From: Camelus ferus
Lineage: Eukaryota
NCBI RefSeq assembly: GCF_009834535.1
Contig: NC_045696.1
Coordinates: 66,900,001-66,964,000, forward strand
Direction of reading: 5' to 3'
DNA: 64,000 nucleotides
Below, one piece after another: positions 24,961-38,800 of this stretch. Numbering within the stretch: the stretch's first letter is position 1; each line of letters opens with the position of its first letter. The notes beneath the pieces were generated by a model, which saw only the letters and a list, made by a program, of their open reading frames with translations, searched no databases and was not told the DNA's origin. Made by a program: the position numbers and the translations under genes.

Positions 24961-26329
24961 TTAAAAACATTTTTTACTAGAAATAGAAAACTTGAGGGTT
25001 TCTCATAGTTCTTCATTTTGTTGCACAGCTATTTATAGATCTGGTATTAAGTCCCAGCACCTATGCTGGACTTTGGAAAATCAGACACTGCTCTGTCTTC
25101 AACGAGCTCACTGTTTAACAGGGAGATAATTATGCGAACTGTGACATCACATAGTGTAAATTCATAGTTGAGGCAGAGATATTACTACAGGGGCACAGAG
25201 GAAGGTACAGATGGCTCAGGCACAGCGGGACTCCATGGTGTGCATCTGGCTTTCACATTTTGAAGGATAACTCAGATATTCTTGCCTTTTCTCCAAATGG
25301 CAGCCACAGATCTTTGACAAAAACATACTTCTGATAAAGTGTTTACTAATTATATGAAACCTCTTGCCAAATTTAAGCATCAGTATGTTGATTCATAATG
25401 AGCAGAGGTCTAGTGTTAATAGCCAGAGTTTCCCTCTTGGCTTTGATATCCGTAGACCAGGAAGCCATCTTTGTTTTCATTTTATTTGTAAGGAATTGAG
25501 CCCCCAGGAGGTCATATGCCTTTCCCTTTCAATTCTGTGTGTTGTCCCAGTGAGGACAAGTGATACCAATAGAAGAGAACCAAGCTTCTAGAAACTCTGA
25601 ATGCCTGAGTGGGAGTTACTGGAGGGAAAATGCAACAGCAGAGCCTGTTCACTGGCATGATCAATGGAAAGAGAAATAGGATGTTTGTAGGCGTGTGTTT
25701 GAGGAAAGCCTTTCTGCTTACGTCTTCAGTGGCGTTGGAAGGCGGCATATTCTCTTTGCTTCTCAGGTAAATAAAGCCTGTAAAGTGAACTTCTGACTTA
25801 TCTGCACCTCAGGATTTTTGGAGGATCAAACAAGATGATTAATGGAAAGCTTCGCAAACTTTACAAACTGCAAAAGTGGTTTTCTCAGTTTTGTTTTATA
25901 TTTTGCCTAGGAACTAACATAATAAAGTACAGATGAATTAAATGGCTCATTTTCCAAACTTAATCCCAACTCTTTCTTCCACACAAGCAATCAAAACCTT
26001 GCTAACTCAGGCTTAAATTTTGGATTCTTTTCAGCCTAGAGATCCTGTTCTACCATGCTCTTAACCAGGATCTTGTCTGCATCTCCCTAGAGGTTATCTT
26101 CAGCTAAATATCAGTGAAAGGAAGTTTGCAGAGTCTTAGGTTTCTCCTTAACCCATCCGAATTTGTGTAGATAGTTCCCAGCCTTCATTCTATATCTTGA
26201 TTTTTACCAAGAAGTCTCCTGATTTGGCTGGATGGGTAAAGGATTTGGGTGGGGGAGGGTGGAGAAAAAGAAAGAAAACATTTTTAAAAAGTCTGTCGGA
26301 CAGATGAGAAGTAGACAGTAGAGAGAATT

Positions 26330-26550
26330 TAATGACTGCCTGTTTGCCAAACACATTATATTTACTGGTTCTAATCCTCTCACTTACTTGCAGTCTAGGT
26401 TTATTGTTTCTGTTTTATAGATGAGGACAATGAAACTTAGGTGAAAAAAAAAACTTGTCCAAGTTCACACCACAATGAAGTGCCATTTCTAAAATTCAGA
26501 CTCAGGACTTGCCATAGATCATGTTCTTTGCAAAATGCTTCCCTAGCATG
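26330..26550 (-). mobile_element. MIR SINE
   Basis: ctgttttatagatgaggacaatgaaacttag...acttgtccaagttcacac core. Confidence 0.7.
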
Positions 26551-26837
26551 GTAAAATAATTTTGTTTTTTCTACTCATTCTTTGTGAAGGAAAATAGATT
26601 CATTATTTCCCAGGGCTCCATTAACCTGTTCATTCAATCAGCTGACCATTTAGTTTAAGATAAATTGTCAGTAGGTTCTTAGCTGGAAAATTAACTGTTG
26701 GGGCTGATCTTAGAGAAGGAAGGACCTTTGATTGTTTGTCCCTGGTTTCTTTTCGTTTAGTTTTTCTGACGGGAGAATGAAAAGGAAAACATGTTCTTTT
26801 CGAGGTAAGGGCTGGAGTTCTGGAACACTGAGTGATG

Positions 26838-29177
26838 TTGCATTTTGCTTTATTTTGCTTTGCAAATTGAAGGTTTGTGGCAACCCTGCATGGAATGAGT
26901 CTACTGATGTCATTTTGCCAACAGCATTGCTCATTTTGCGTCTCAGTGTCACATTTTGGTAATTCTCACAATATTTCGAACTTTTTCCTTGTTAGTGTAT
27001 TTGTTATGGTGATCTGTGACCAGCGATCCTTGTTGTCACTACTGCAGTTGTTTGGGGACACCCATACAAGACGGTGAACTTAATTGATAAATGTATGTAT
27101 TCTGACTGCTCCATCTACCGGCCCTCCCCCCATGTCTCTCTCCTGGGGCCTTCCAATTCCCTGAGACACAACACCATTGAAATTAGGCCAATTAACAATC
27201 CTACAGTGGCCTCTAAATTTGAAGTGAAAGGAGGAGTCACATGTCTCTCGCTTTAAATTAAAAACTAGAAATGGTTATGTTTAGCGAGGAAGGCATATTG
27301 AAAACCAGGACAGGCTGAAAGCCTGGCCTCTTGCACAAGTTAGCCAACTTGTGAACGCAAAGGAGAAGTTCTTGAAGGAAATTAAAAGTGCTCCTCCAAC
27401 AAACTTGCGAATGATACAGTGAAACAGCCTTACTGCTGATTTGGAGAAAGTTTTAGTAGCTAGAAGATCAAAACAGCCACACCATCCCCTTAAGCCAAAG
27501 CCCAATCCAGAGCAAGACACTAAGTCTCTTCAAGTCTAGGAAGGCTGAGAGAGGTGAGGAAGCTGCAGAAGAAAAGTTTGACGCTAGCAGAGGTTGATTC
27601 ATGAGGCTTAAAGAAATATACTATTTCTGTAACATAAAAGAATGAGGGGAAGCAGCAGGTGCTGATCTAGAAGTTGCAAGTGATCCAGGAGATCTAGCTA
27701 AGACCACTAGTGAAGGCAGCTACACCAAACAACAGATTTCAATGTAGACAAAACAGCCTTATACTGGAAGAAGCTGCCACCTAGGACTTTCATGGAGAAC
27801 AGAAGTCAGTGCCTGACTTCAAAGCTTCAAAGGACAGGCTGGCTCACTTCTTGAGGGCTAATCCAGATGGTGACTTTAAGTCGAAGCCAATGCTCATGTA
27901 CCATTCCAAAAGGGCTAGCACCATTCAGAATTACACCAAATCTACTCTGCCTGTGTTCTATAAATGGAAAAATAAAGCCTAGATGACAGCACATCTATTT
28001 ACAACATGGTTTACTGAATATTTTAAACCCACTGTTGAGACCTACTGTTCAGAAAAAAAGATTCCTTTCAAAATACTGCTGCCCACTGACAGTGCGCCTG
28101 GTCACCCAAGAGCGCTGAAGGAGGTGGACAATGAGATTCATGTTGTTTTCATGTCACTTAACACAACATCCATTCTGCAGCCCATGGATCAAGGAGTAAT
28201 TGAGACTTTTAAGTCATATTATTTAAGAAATGTATTTTGAAAAGATATAGCTGCAGAGATAGTGATTGCCTCTGATAAATCTGGGAAAAGTCAATTGAAA
28301 ACCTTCTGGAGAGGATTCACACTATTCTATATGCCATTGAGAACATTTGTGATTCATGGGGAAAGATCAAAATATTAACTTTAACAGGAGTTTGGAAGAG
28401 ATTGATTCTAACGCGTATGAATGACTTGGAGGGGCTCAGGACTTCAATGAAGGAAGTAACTGCAGATGTGGTAGAAACAGCAAGAGAACCAGAGTTAGAA
28501 ATGGAGTCGGAAAATATGATTAAATTTCTGCAATATCTTCATAAAACTTGAACAGATAAGGAGTGGTTTCTTACGTATGAACAAAAAAAGTGAAATGAAA
28601 ATTATTCCTGGTGAAGAAGCTGTGAAGATTGTGGAAAGGACAGCAAAGGATTTAGAATATTATATAAACTTAGTTGATAAAACAGCAGCAGAGTTTGAGA
28701 GGACTGACTCTGGTTTTAAAAGAAGTTCTACTATATAAATAAGGGAAATGCTGTCAAACAACACTGCATGCTACAGAGAAATTAGTCCTAAAAAAAGAGT
28801 TAATTGATGCAGCAGCCTTCACTGGTGTCTTATTTTAGGAAATTGCCACAGCCACCCCAGCCACCAGCAACCATCACCCTGATCAGCCAGCAGCCAGCAA
28901 CACTGAAGCGAGACCCTTCACTAGCAAAAAGATTACAACTTGCTGAAAGCTCAGATGATGGTTAGCATTTTTTAGCAATAAAGTATTTTTTAAATTAAGG
29001 TGCATACATTGTTTCCATAGACATAAGGCTGTTACACAAAATAGATTGCAGTATGTGTAAACATCACTTTTAAATGCATTGGGAAACCAAAAAACTTGTG
29101 TGATTTTCTTTATTGCAGTATTGGCTTTATTGCAGTGGTCTGGAGCTGAACCTGTAATCTCTCCAAGGTGTGTTTTA
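26838..29177 (+). mobile_element. Tigger1 (TcMar-Tigger) DNA transposon, near full length, transposase disrupted
   Basis: Collinear with the recalled Tigger1 (caaattgaaggtttgtggcaaccctgc ... ctttattgcagtggtctgga...ctccaaggtgtg). ORF 27983-28240 is the DDE region [40 protein letters not shown]...[13 protein letters not shown]. Confidence 0.95.
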
Positions 29178-30586
29178 TACACTGTAGTTATAATAGCAAA
29201 AAGGAATTTAATATTTAAAGACAAAGTATGTGGGTGAAGTGCCTAATAAGTCCGAGGCCAGAAGGAAGACATCTGGGGCTTTGGGACTGTACCCCTTTTG
29301 GTCATGAAGGCAACAGCAACCAGGGTGGAATAAACCCTCCAAAAGTGACCACCTGCTGCTTTCATGGGGTGTCCAGTGACTCCTGGCAAAAGAAAAGCAG
29401 AAGTCAGTTTGAGTCACTAATCTCTCACCTTCTTTGGCAAACAAAACCAAATGAAATAAACTCTCAAAGAAGAAACCGTCTCTCAAGAAAAATCAGAATT
29501 AGTAATAGTGCATTTACTATAAATGAAACAGGCGGGGTGGGGAAAGGAAGAAGAAAACAGAACTTGAAAGGACCACATTAATCATGTAGTCCAACTTCTT
29601 CCTTTTGTAGGTGAGAAAAGAGGACAAGAGAGGGGCCGTAACTGGCCTGGAAGTGCACAGGAGTCAGAAGCCCAGTTGGGATTAGCACCAGAGCCTTCTA
29701 TTTCCAGCCCAGGGATGGTTTCCCATTATTGCTTATGTAGAAGGGAGGAGAAATCCACATACAGCATTTTAGGATTTAGCACATGTGCCTGTCCTCCCAC
29801 ATAAATGGTTGTCCACCTTCTTACGTGCCGAGCAACTGAGCCCAGGGCGAGAGACTGTTCTTGTGCGTTAGATGTTTATCCTTCAGAGCTAATTTCCTAG
29901 TGCGGCTGAAAAGTGTATAAATGAATTCTTAACCCAGGAACCTGTATCTTTTGCAGCACACTAGCTCTGCGCTATTAAAAAGAAGCATGTGCCTCTGTTT
30001 TAACAATAGAGTGTTCATCATAAAATAGCAGGCTCTGTGAGCTATATAATTGAATACAGGGCAATCCAGAATTTGCAAACGGAACTTCTGGTACAAAAAG
30101 AGTGTGTGAAATCAGTGTCATGATGCAACAGCCATTCCCTGCAGCCCAAGAAGAGGCTTAAAAGCACAGATGAAGAGAATCAGTATTTTCTGGCACAGAT
30201 GCATCACTGGCTGCGCAAGGTGGTTTTACTGTGTATTATACTTTAATTATAACTGCACTGGAGCCATCTGTTCCACTTCATTCCCTAATTATAGATGCAA
30301 AAAGCATTTCACAACTCCCACCCGTAAAAAAGATCTGAGGGATTTCATGGCAGGCTTGCTGTGAGCTCCTCCCTCCTTTCTTGGCCTGTGGACTCTCCCT
30401 TCAACGGTACATTTGACTAGACCAAGGAAATGTTTGTGGTGCTCTGACCATCTCAGAAGGTCTGGAGTGTCTGAGCTTGTTCCAGCCATAAATAATTCTC
30501 TTCCACTGTTATTATACACACTTCGGCTGGCTAGCTCTTCCAATGCCACGGTCATATGTGACTTCCTGTTCACATATCCTCTCCTT

Positions 30587-30725
30587 TCTTTTTTTTTTTT
30601 TTTTTTTTAATTTTAACCATTTAAAAAAAAGAGCTGTAATTGACATACAGCATTGATAGTTTCAGGTGTACAACATAATGATCCAATTGCAAAATGATCA
30701 CAATAACCCTAGTTAACATCCAACA
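30587..30725 (-). mobile_element. Short L1 3' end with poly(T)
   Basis: Poly(T) then aattgacatacagcatt...tttcaggtgtacaacataatgat. Confidence 0.7.
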
Positions 30726-31027
30726 TATCTTTTTCTATATCTACTCTCCTCCCCCACTGAAAATAATTTTTAAGTAGTCATTTTACTGTATTATCTTCAG
30801 TGCTATCCTTTCAAGCAACTCTTGAACTCCTTCTGAGAACCCTACCAGAAAGTTGCTTTTGTCCTCATTTTTCAGTGGAGCGGAGCGATTAGAGTTTAAA
30901 GGTTTTCTTTAAGGTGTTACAGTCAGCAGCAGAGTAAGGCTTGAAGCCACTTCTTGTGATATGGATTCCCACTCTCTCACACTCATTACTGTCATGCATC
31001 ACTGAAAGTGGTATGAAATTCTCATTC

Positions 31028-31222
31028 CAGAGATGCACTGGGGCAGCTCATACAGCCTCACCAGAGCAAATGGTAGGCAACTCTTTCCAACCTCATGTTC
31101 AGTGACTCCTGTCGGTAGCTTGAGGTTGGCCATGGGGGAGTTTGAAATTGACACACCCTGCAAATCAGAGCTCCCCCTGCCTCTCCAAGAACCAAGTATT
31201 AATCACTCAATAGACTGTCACT
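31028..31222 (+). mobile_element. MER63A-like hAT-Blackjack MITE
   Basis: CAGAGATGCACTGG...gttcagtgactcctgtcggtagcttgaggttggccatgg...caaatcagagct matches the recalled MER63. Confidence 0.7.
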
Positions 31223-32364
31223 ATGTATGGGAAATAGATCTATGTATTCTCAGAAAAATAACATAATTTGGATCACAATGCCATCTTCATCTCTGAACTT
31301 GAATAATGTGTGTATGAAAACTATTCGTGAATGAGGAAAAGCTTAGCTGTTCATGTAGACTTTCTCTCATTACTCTTTCAATATTCTAAAGATGGGGTAG
31401 TCACCTGAGAGAAGGAGGACTTTTACTCGGTGGTAAATTCAGAATTTTTGAACAAATCCTTTAGTTTTCAAAATTTTTATGCATTTCAAAGTAAACAGTG
31501 AATTATGAGCTTAAGTGCCCAGGAAGTCTTGAGGTGGTACACAGTCCTAAAACAGGAGGCTCCCAGAAAACAAGTGATTCTTGGCATCTGACACGTGAGG
31601 CATGTGAGGGAATGTTTTCTGGAAGCTAGATCTGGACATTTCTGAAAAAAAGTAAATGAGCTCATGTGGCTTTTTTTATAAGTGCTGAAAGGGAAACAGT
31701 TTAGAGATTCCCTACTTGCCTCTCACCAAAAATTCCTGGACTTTCACAAAAGAGCAAATTCACGAGATTGCAGTTCAAATCCAAGAGCAAAGTCCAGGGG
31801 AAGGAAAAAAAAAGAAAAAACAAACAAAAAAACCTCATCAAACCTGAACTGAACTGAAGAAGGATTTAAAACATCAACTGTGGGACCAAAAATAAGCACC
31901 AACTTTCTCAACAGAAAATGAAGCATAAGCTTTTTACAAATATCTAGTGCAAATCTCAGATCACAAAGTAATAGAAGCACAACAGTAAAATTCAGCACGT
32001 GTTCTACTGATTAGAGATTCAATTAGGTTCTCTATATAGCAGAGACAGCTGCATCAGATGGTGTGTATGCTTCCTAATGGACATTTGAATTTATATATGT
32101 GCTGATCTTAAAAAATTTACTTGTGATGACCTCAAAAGCTGGTAGGAAGATTAAATACTAATATTTAATTGCCAGATTCTGCAGATGTATTTTTGCCACC
32201 CATATTAAATCTCACTTTGGAAAGTCCTTAAAAGACAAGCTTATTCAATTAATAGAGTAGTCTTCACAATCAGGAGTTTTGGTCATTTTATATCTGACAT
32301 TAATGAGAATAAAGGCTTTAGAGACCATTGAAAACAGTGGGGAGAAGTATAAAGAGGCAGAAGA

Positions 32365-32725
32365 GCAGAATAACTAAGAGAATGGATTTGGGAGCTGGAC
32401 TAATTTGCCCCCTTAGGAGCTGTTAGACTTTGGGTTAATTACTTAAACTTTATGTCCTGTGGTCTCCTCATCTGCTAAATGGTTCAGTAACAGAACTGCA
32501 TTCCTCTTAGGATTATTGTAATAATTAAATAACTTTAATATAAGGTGCTTAGAATAGTATCTGACATGTAATGTCTCTAATAAATGTTAACTTTTAACCG
32601 AGTCAGCGTTCTCATTTTACAAGAGGAAAGACTGAAGCCTATAGAGATTAAATGCATTGTTCAAAGTCCCAGAGCCAATTAGAGGTAGGCTTAGAATTAG
32701 AGTCCACGACCTCTCTTCCATTGTT
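32365..32725. mobile_element. Two adjacent MIRs in opposite orientation
   Basis: Plus-strand core (...ctcctcatctgctaaatgg...aataaatgtt) then minus-strand core (cattttacaagaggaaagactgaagcct). Confidence 0.7.
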
Positions 32726-34389
32726 CCAGCACCTTCTCCAGCCAGTGCTGCAGAGGGTATTTGTATACAGCCTGATTAAACAAGTATTATCAAACTCTCC
32801 TGGGACTGCCAGCCACTAAGCACTTCCTCCAAAGTAAAAATAAAAGACAAATTTGATTCTCAGACATAAGGTCTTAGGACTCCAGATGATTCTTTTCACC
32901 TCTTCCACATACTGCTCCTCCTCAGCTGTGTGTTTTGGGGATGAGATCTTATCCATTTGTTCATGATGTTAAAAAAAATTCTTCCTTCAACAATAGTCCC
33001 AGAAGCTTATGCATATGAATTATATAAAGGTGTTACAGTCATTGTTGAGGGAAATAAATACATTCAAAAATGAGGAAAGCACAAAAAGTTGCATAATCAA
33101 TTTTCAAATTCAGTATTTTTCCCAGGCAATGACAAAACCAGCTACCAAAGAGATTGATAATGGGGCCTGGCTCAGTGCCCCTCAAGACAGGAAACTCTCT
33201 TGAAAGAACTCTAAAATATGGACCAGCACTACAGAACCAACTCATGATTTGGCTTTGGAAATCTCCTTAATCTGCAACCCCCACAGCAGCTCATAAGGAA
33301 GAAGTTCCCAGGCTTCACTGAACGTTTCTTTCACTACTGCCAGCACTACTGCCATTCCTATTACTGGTTTGAACTCGCATCATTATTCACTCAGGGTGTT
33401 CTTCCGCTTCTGAATAATGGGTTATTAATTCATTATTTTCTCAGAGTACTCCAGGTTCAAAATGAGGATAGTGGTTTAAAAAGAGCAGAGGGGTCCTCCT
33501 CTGAGAAATCAGGCCATGGTGATAAATCCAAGGCCCTGGTAAATTATGGGAACTGATGGGTCTAGAGAGTTCATAGAGTCTGAAATCCAAGATTTTTGAC
33601 TACATTTTTAGGCCAAGTTGAATACAGGTATGAAGTTGAGACAGTGAAATGGCTGGTAGCAGCCAGGAATTAGTCAAAATTTAGACAGGAGGCAAATTCT
33701 AAAAACAAAGACTGGGAAAATAAGAACCAATCAACAAGATAATTAGGCGTGCAAGATTGAAATAGAAGTAGGGAGAGATGGAGATCTGAGGAGGTGAATA
33801 TAATGTTGAAGCAAGTTCCAAATTTAAAGACTGGACAGTGGAAAGAAGGTTGAGGAGCTAGAGGGACTCAGAGGTACACTTGGGTAATATTTAAATCTGC
33901 TTGAGCTTTGCTGTGATCTAGATCATGCTACCCCATACAAATCCTTAGCAGTTAATGCCTCTAAACCTTGAGATCTTCTTCTAGGATCTGCCTTCTACTT
34001 GGCACCTCCCAAGAGCTGACTCAATCTGAGACTTCCAAGTACCATCCCATAGATGCATGGAGATCTAGGAATCTGATTTCTGCCTTTACACAGACTATTC
34101 AGATAAATGCCTTACCCCTGAATATGGTCTTCCAGGTTCCTTTGACTTCATACGCCTCAAACAACTGGCCAGGCTGATCCACAGCTTCAGAGGCTAGAAT
34201 TCTAGTTTAGGTCCAGCCCTCCAATTCTCACTAGATAAGATTGTGCTAAACATGGTGGTTTACTAGAGGTATTGCAGCAGCTTTTTAAATCCAGGCTCAT
34301 ATCTGGTCTCAAGGTGCTATGTAATGCTCCACAGTGTTGAAATAAGCTTACATACCATGAGCCCTGTGCTTCCTCCTGTGAAATTAGAT

Positions 34390-35800
34390 ATTCTTCTTTG
34401 ACTTTATGTGGTTTGAGGTTCATAGAGTTGATTGCATCTGTGGTTTCATGTCTTTCACTTGTTTTGAAAAATAGCCAGAGTCACTTGCAATATTACTGAT
34501 TTTTTTTTCTTTCTTTCTCTCTCTCTCCCTATTTCCCTCCCTCATAAACTCTACTTCTGTATTCCAACTATTTGTTATATATTTTTTTAAATGTTTCTCA
34601 TATGTTTCTTTTTTATCTTTTTCTTTATGGTGTGTCGATTGGATATTTTCTACTGATCTGTCATTTAGTTCACTGCATTCCATTATTTTGGATCTAATCT
34701 GCTATCAATCCCATCCATTAATGAATTTGTAAGTTCAGTTTTGTATTTTATAGGTCTACATTTTTCATTTGACCTTTTTATAAATTTTAAGTTACTGGTG
34801 AAATTATTTATCTTTTTCTCTATTTTCTTACATATTAATTCTAGTTATAAATCTCCAACTGATAATTACATTATGGCTTTGCTTTAATTATCTGCTTTTT
34901 TCTCTAAGATTTTGGTCATTTGATTCTGTTTTTACCAGGTTTTGTCATTTTTAATTTGATTTCAGATATTTTGGGTAAAGCACTTCAGAGATTCTGAATA
35001 ATGTTATCTTTCTCTAAAGAGGAATAAGATTTTCTCTGGCAGACACTTAGAGCATCTGCACGTCCCCTTGATCCTGTCAAGGACTGGTTTCAGACTTTGT
35101 TAGGTCGGGTCTATCTCAGCTTTGCCCGTACCATGAAGGCATAGCCCTTGGTCTCCATGCATAGTCCTTTCTCCTAGTCATGGTCCTTTCTGGGCTCTCA
35201 ACTGAAAGCCTGAGTATTCACCAAGGCTTCTTCACCTGGGTGGGGCTTGAACCTCAGTCTCTGTGTTCCCGACACTTTATGGTTATTTAAATCACTGACC
35301 ACGTCTGTAGTCTCCAACCTACTGCTTTCTTCTGCATTTTTTCCTTCTGGACTTCAAGTCATACACGTGTCCAGCTTTGGAGATGGCCAAAATTCCAATG
35401 ACATATTTATATTATATGCTGGAGTTCATTTGTAGAGTTTCCACTTCTCTGTAATTTTTTAACTTTCAATGCTAACCACTTTGGTAGCCACAGACTCCAA
35501 CCCCTGGCTCCTCTACCTGCTGAGACTGTTGCTCCCTGCTCAGGCGCTTCATCACCCACCCCCAGCTGCCCTGCAGTGCAAATGAGAACGTCTTTCCAGG
35601 GAAACTACCAGGTGAACTTGAAGCTGAATACTTGTGCTTTTATTCTTTCAGGGTTCATTGCCCTCAGATCATGCCTCCATTATTTGTCCTTAAATGCTTC
35701 TGAATACTTGTTTTATATATACATATAAAATGTACTTATTTTAATAGTTGCATTTATCTTCAGTGTAATAGAAACTATTCTATCATGACTGAAACCCAGA
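34390..35800 (-). mobile_element. Old L1M 5'/ORF1 fragment
   Basis: ORF 34420-34683 (SELNDRSVENIQ...FSKQVKDMKPQMQ) resembles the L1 ORF1p coiled-coil/RRM region. Confidence 0.7.
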
Positions 35801-38800
35801 AGTTATTAGACAACTTTAATGTGTAACACATGTTTATTTTCTAATCTATATTCATTTAATTTATTTTCAATTTTAGTTAGATTTTGAGATGGCTTAGAAA
35901 GAAAAAAGGCCATTTGTGAAATTTATTTACTAAATATAAATACAAAATTCAGTAGCAAGTAAAAATATAACAAATGTTTAAAATGGAAGGGTTGATATGT
36001 TTCTATGAATAAGCATAGCATCCCATCTGAATCTGTATCCAGGCAGCCAAGGCAAAAAAGGAAACATTATCCAATCATAAATCTCATTATCAAAAAGAAA
36101 AAAGCATATATGTTACTTACACAAAAAAAAGTTTGATAATATGGAATTTTTCAATAAAACATTTCATTTGAGATTATCTAGAAAGATTTTATCTAACATG
36201 CTGAGATAATTTATTACAACAGACATTAAAAGCCAAGGTGATAGCATGACATGACAATAGAATAAAAATATATTTGCATTGACAACAGATGACAATGACC
36301 AAACTATTTACCAAACCTTGAAGGATAGTATAAATTTCTGCTATCTTTTTCTTTTGTTATATTTTTTCTTATATCTTTCAAAATATCAATAAAATAAAAA
36401 TGAGGAATGGAAGTCCATATTTACTTCATTATGCATTTAATTTTTAATGATAATATCTCAAGGCATTCGAGTACTGAGGAAATGCTACCATAGATGAGCA
36501 CTAATCTGATAAACTTAGAAACAAGTATGTAGGTAGACTGGCATCAAGAACACATTGCTAACAGAAAGATTATATAGAAGAGGTCTGGTCAAACTTAGTA
36601 CATGCCAACTGACTGGGGCGGGATGTAACGACGTTTCTAATATAAGTATGTTGTACTTGTTGAATGAATGGATAGATAAATGAACGGATAAACACACGGA
36701 AAAGTGAACGGACTCTGGCCCCAGACTTGGGGACAGTGCTCACCTCGCAGACAGAGTTAAATGACCCCAGCTGTGGGATTTGAAGAGCTTGGTGGGTGAT
36801 GAACCAGGCATCTTGGTACTATACTTTCCAAATTCATCAGGCATCTTTTATAAGCCATCTGTAACATTACAGTGATGCCTCAATTAACAAAGCCTTTGGA
36901 ACAAAGCTCCTTTATAATCAACTTGGCAGCATTGACAATAGCTCATAAACATGCAAAGTATTCTACCATGTGTCAGTCAGCTCAGTGACAATGTTCCAAT
37001 TAGGCTGCACGTATGCACGTGGCAAAATACTGCCGTGCACCCCTACCGTCGGCACGCACAGTCAAAAGAACTGATCCCTGTGGTATTATTTAGCTTGTCC
37101 TTTCCCCTTGGTTTTTTTTTGCTGACCTTTGTTCCACATTTAATGGGAATCTCCTTCCCAATCACAAGTCTGATGTCCTTCTGTTCTTTAGCTACTTAGC
37201 CCGACCTTGTCAAAAAAGCCCCCCAAAACAAAACAAAACAAAACAAGTCCTGTGGGTAACTATTTACACTCACGGACTTCCCTGACTGCACTCAGTTACT
37301 GCGCAAGTGTATACACTAGGTGGTACGCATCCTAAAACCACACCTGCCAGTAGTGCTGAGCATGGATGACAAACGTTTTAGAGCGAGCCGTGGGAAGAGC
37401 ATCGAGCGATCTGTGTCATAAAGGCTCCTCGGCCGATCCCCGTGCTCCTCAGCAGTCCGTCTTTCTTGCTGAGCCTCCGTTTCCACCCTTACAGAGTGAG
37501 ATCAATGGTCTCTAAGGATCTTTCCAGATCTAACTTTCTAAGATGCAACGTTCCTAACTGAAAATGTATGGAGAAAATGTACAGTCTCTCTCCAATCTCC
37601 AAGAGTTAGGAGAATGGAAAATGTAAATTCTGGGTGATGCTGTTTTATGGGTCCGAGTCACAAGGAAAAAAAATTTCTTTGATTATATTTCTCTTGAAAT
37701 ATAAAAGATATTCTCTCTGGAATGCTTAATAATCCCTTGGTGGGGGTGGGATGGGAAAGCGGAGAATTACCAGACTAAGTGCTGTGACACCACTGCTATC
37801 TTCCGAGAATCTGGGCAGAAGTTTCAAGAGTCAGGACATGATTCACCCTGTTCTTCTGTTGTCTGTGCAGTCCTGGAAGTATGTATCAAAATGTAGCTTC
37901 CATCAGCCTTTGTCCCCAAGTGTCTGTGATGAACATAGCTCTTCTGTCCACTCACGTCATGTGCATAATGAATGAGAGTATAATTCGGTAGTATTAAGCT
38001 ACTGAAAAACAAACAAGGCAATATGAAGAGCTATGAGTTGTCAAACCCAGCTTTCTCTCTTTCTAGTTCTCCTGTCCCCCCACCCACTCCAGACATTTGG
38101 AAAAGTGGGAAGAGGAAGTCCAAGTGCATTATTTGGTACTAACCTAGAATGGTCCTGCTAGTACAACAACACTGGGCATCTCACCTGTCACCTTTCAGAG
38201 AGGATATCCCAGGGGCCATTCTTGAGCTTAGAATTTTGCTACCATGAAGGTGAGGGTCTTAAAAGGTAGAACATGTATTTTCGCTGTGCCACAATACGTA
38301 AGTGTTTTCTTTCTTCTCCTTTCCTGTTTTTCCACCCCTACAGAGTTCCTGAATTTCGGAGTGATAAGGACCTTATAGGAAATGTTATCAAATGTTCTTT
38401 CTGATGCCGAATCTTCCACATAACCTTTGAAATGAAATCCAGCTTCTGCCTGAGCTTGTTCTTTGATCAGAAACTCATCTTTCTGCAAGGCAACCGGCAA
38501 CACTTACACATAGCACTGCCTCTGCTGGAGTTCTTTTCTCTATATTAAAGTGAAATATGGGGCACTGTAGTTTCTACCCAATAAAGTTCTTAATCCATCT
38601 TGAGGCCACATTTTATTCCTTACTCTTGATAGCTCTGAAAATATTTTTAAACAAATTCCCTGAAATGAGGTTCCTTGAAATTTTCTCCCAAAGAAGGAAC
38701 TTGATTCACAAAATTGGTTTACAGAGGAGATGGTAATTATGGGGATGTGAAATGATTTCCAGGTGGTCACAACATTATTATTATTATCATTAGTGCAGAT

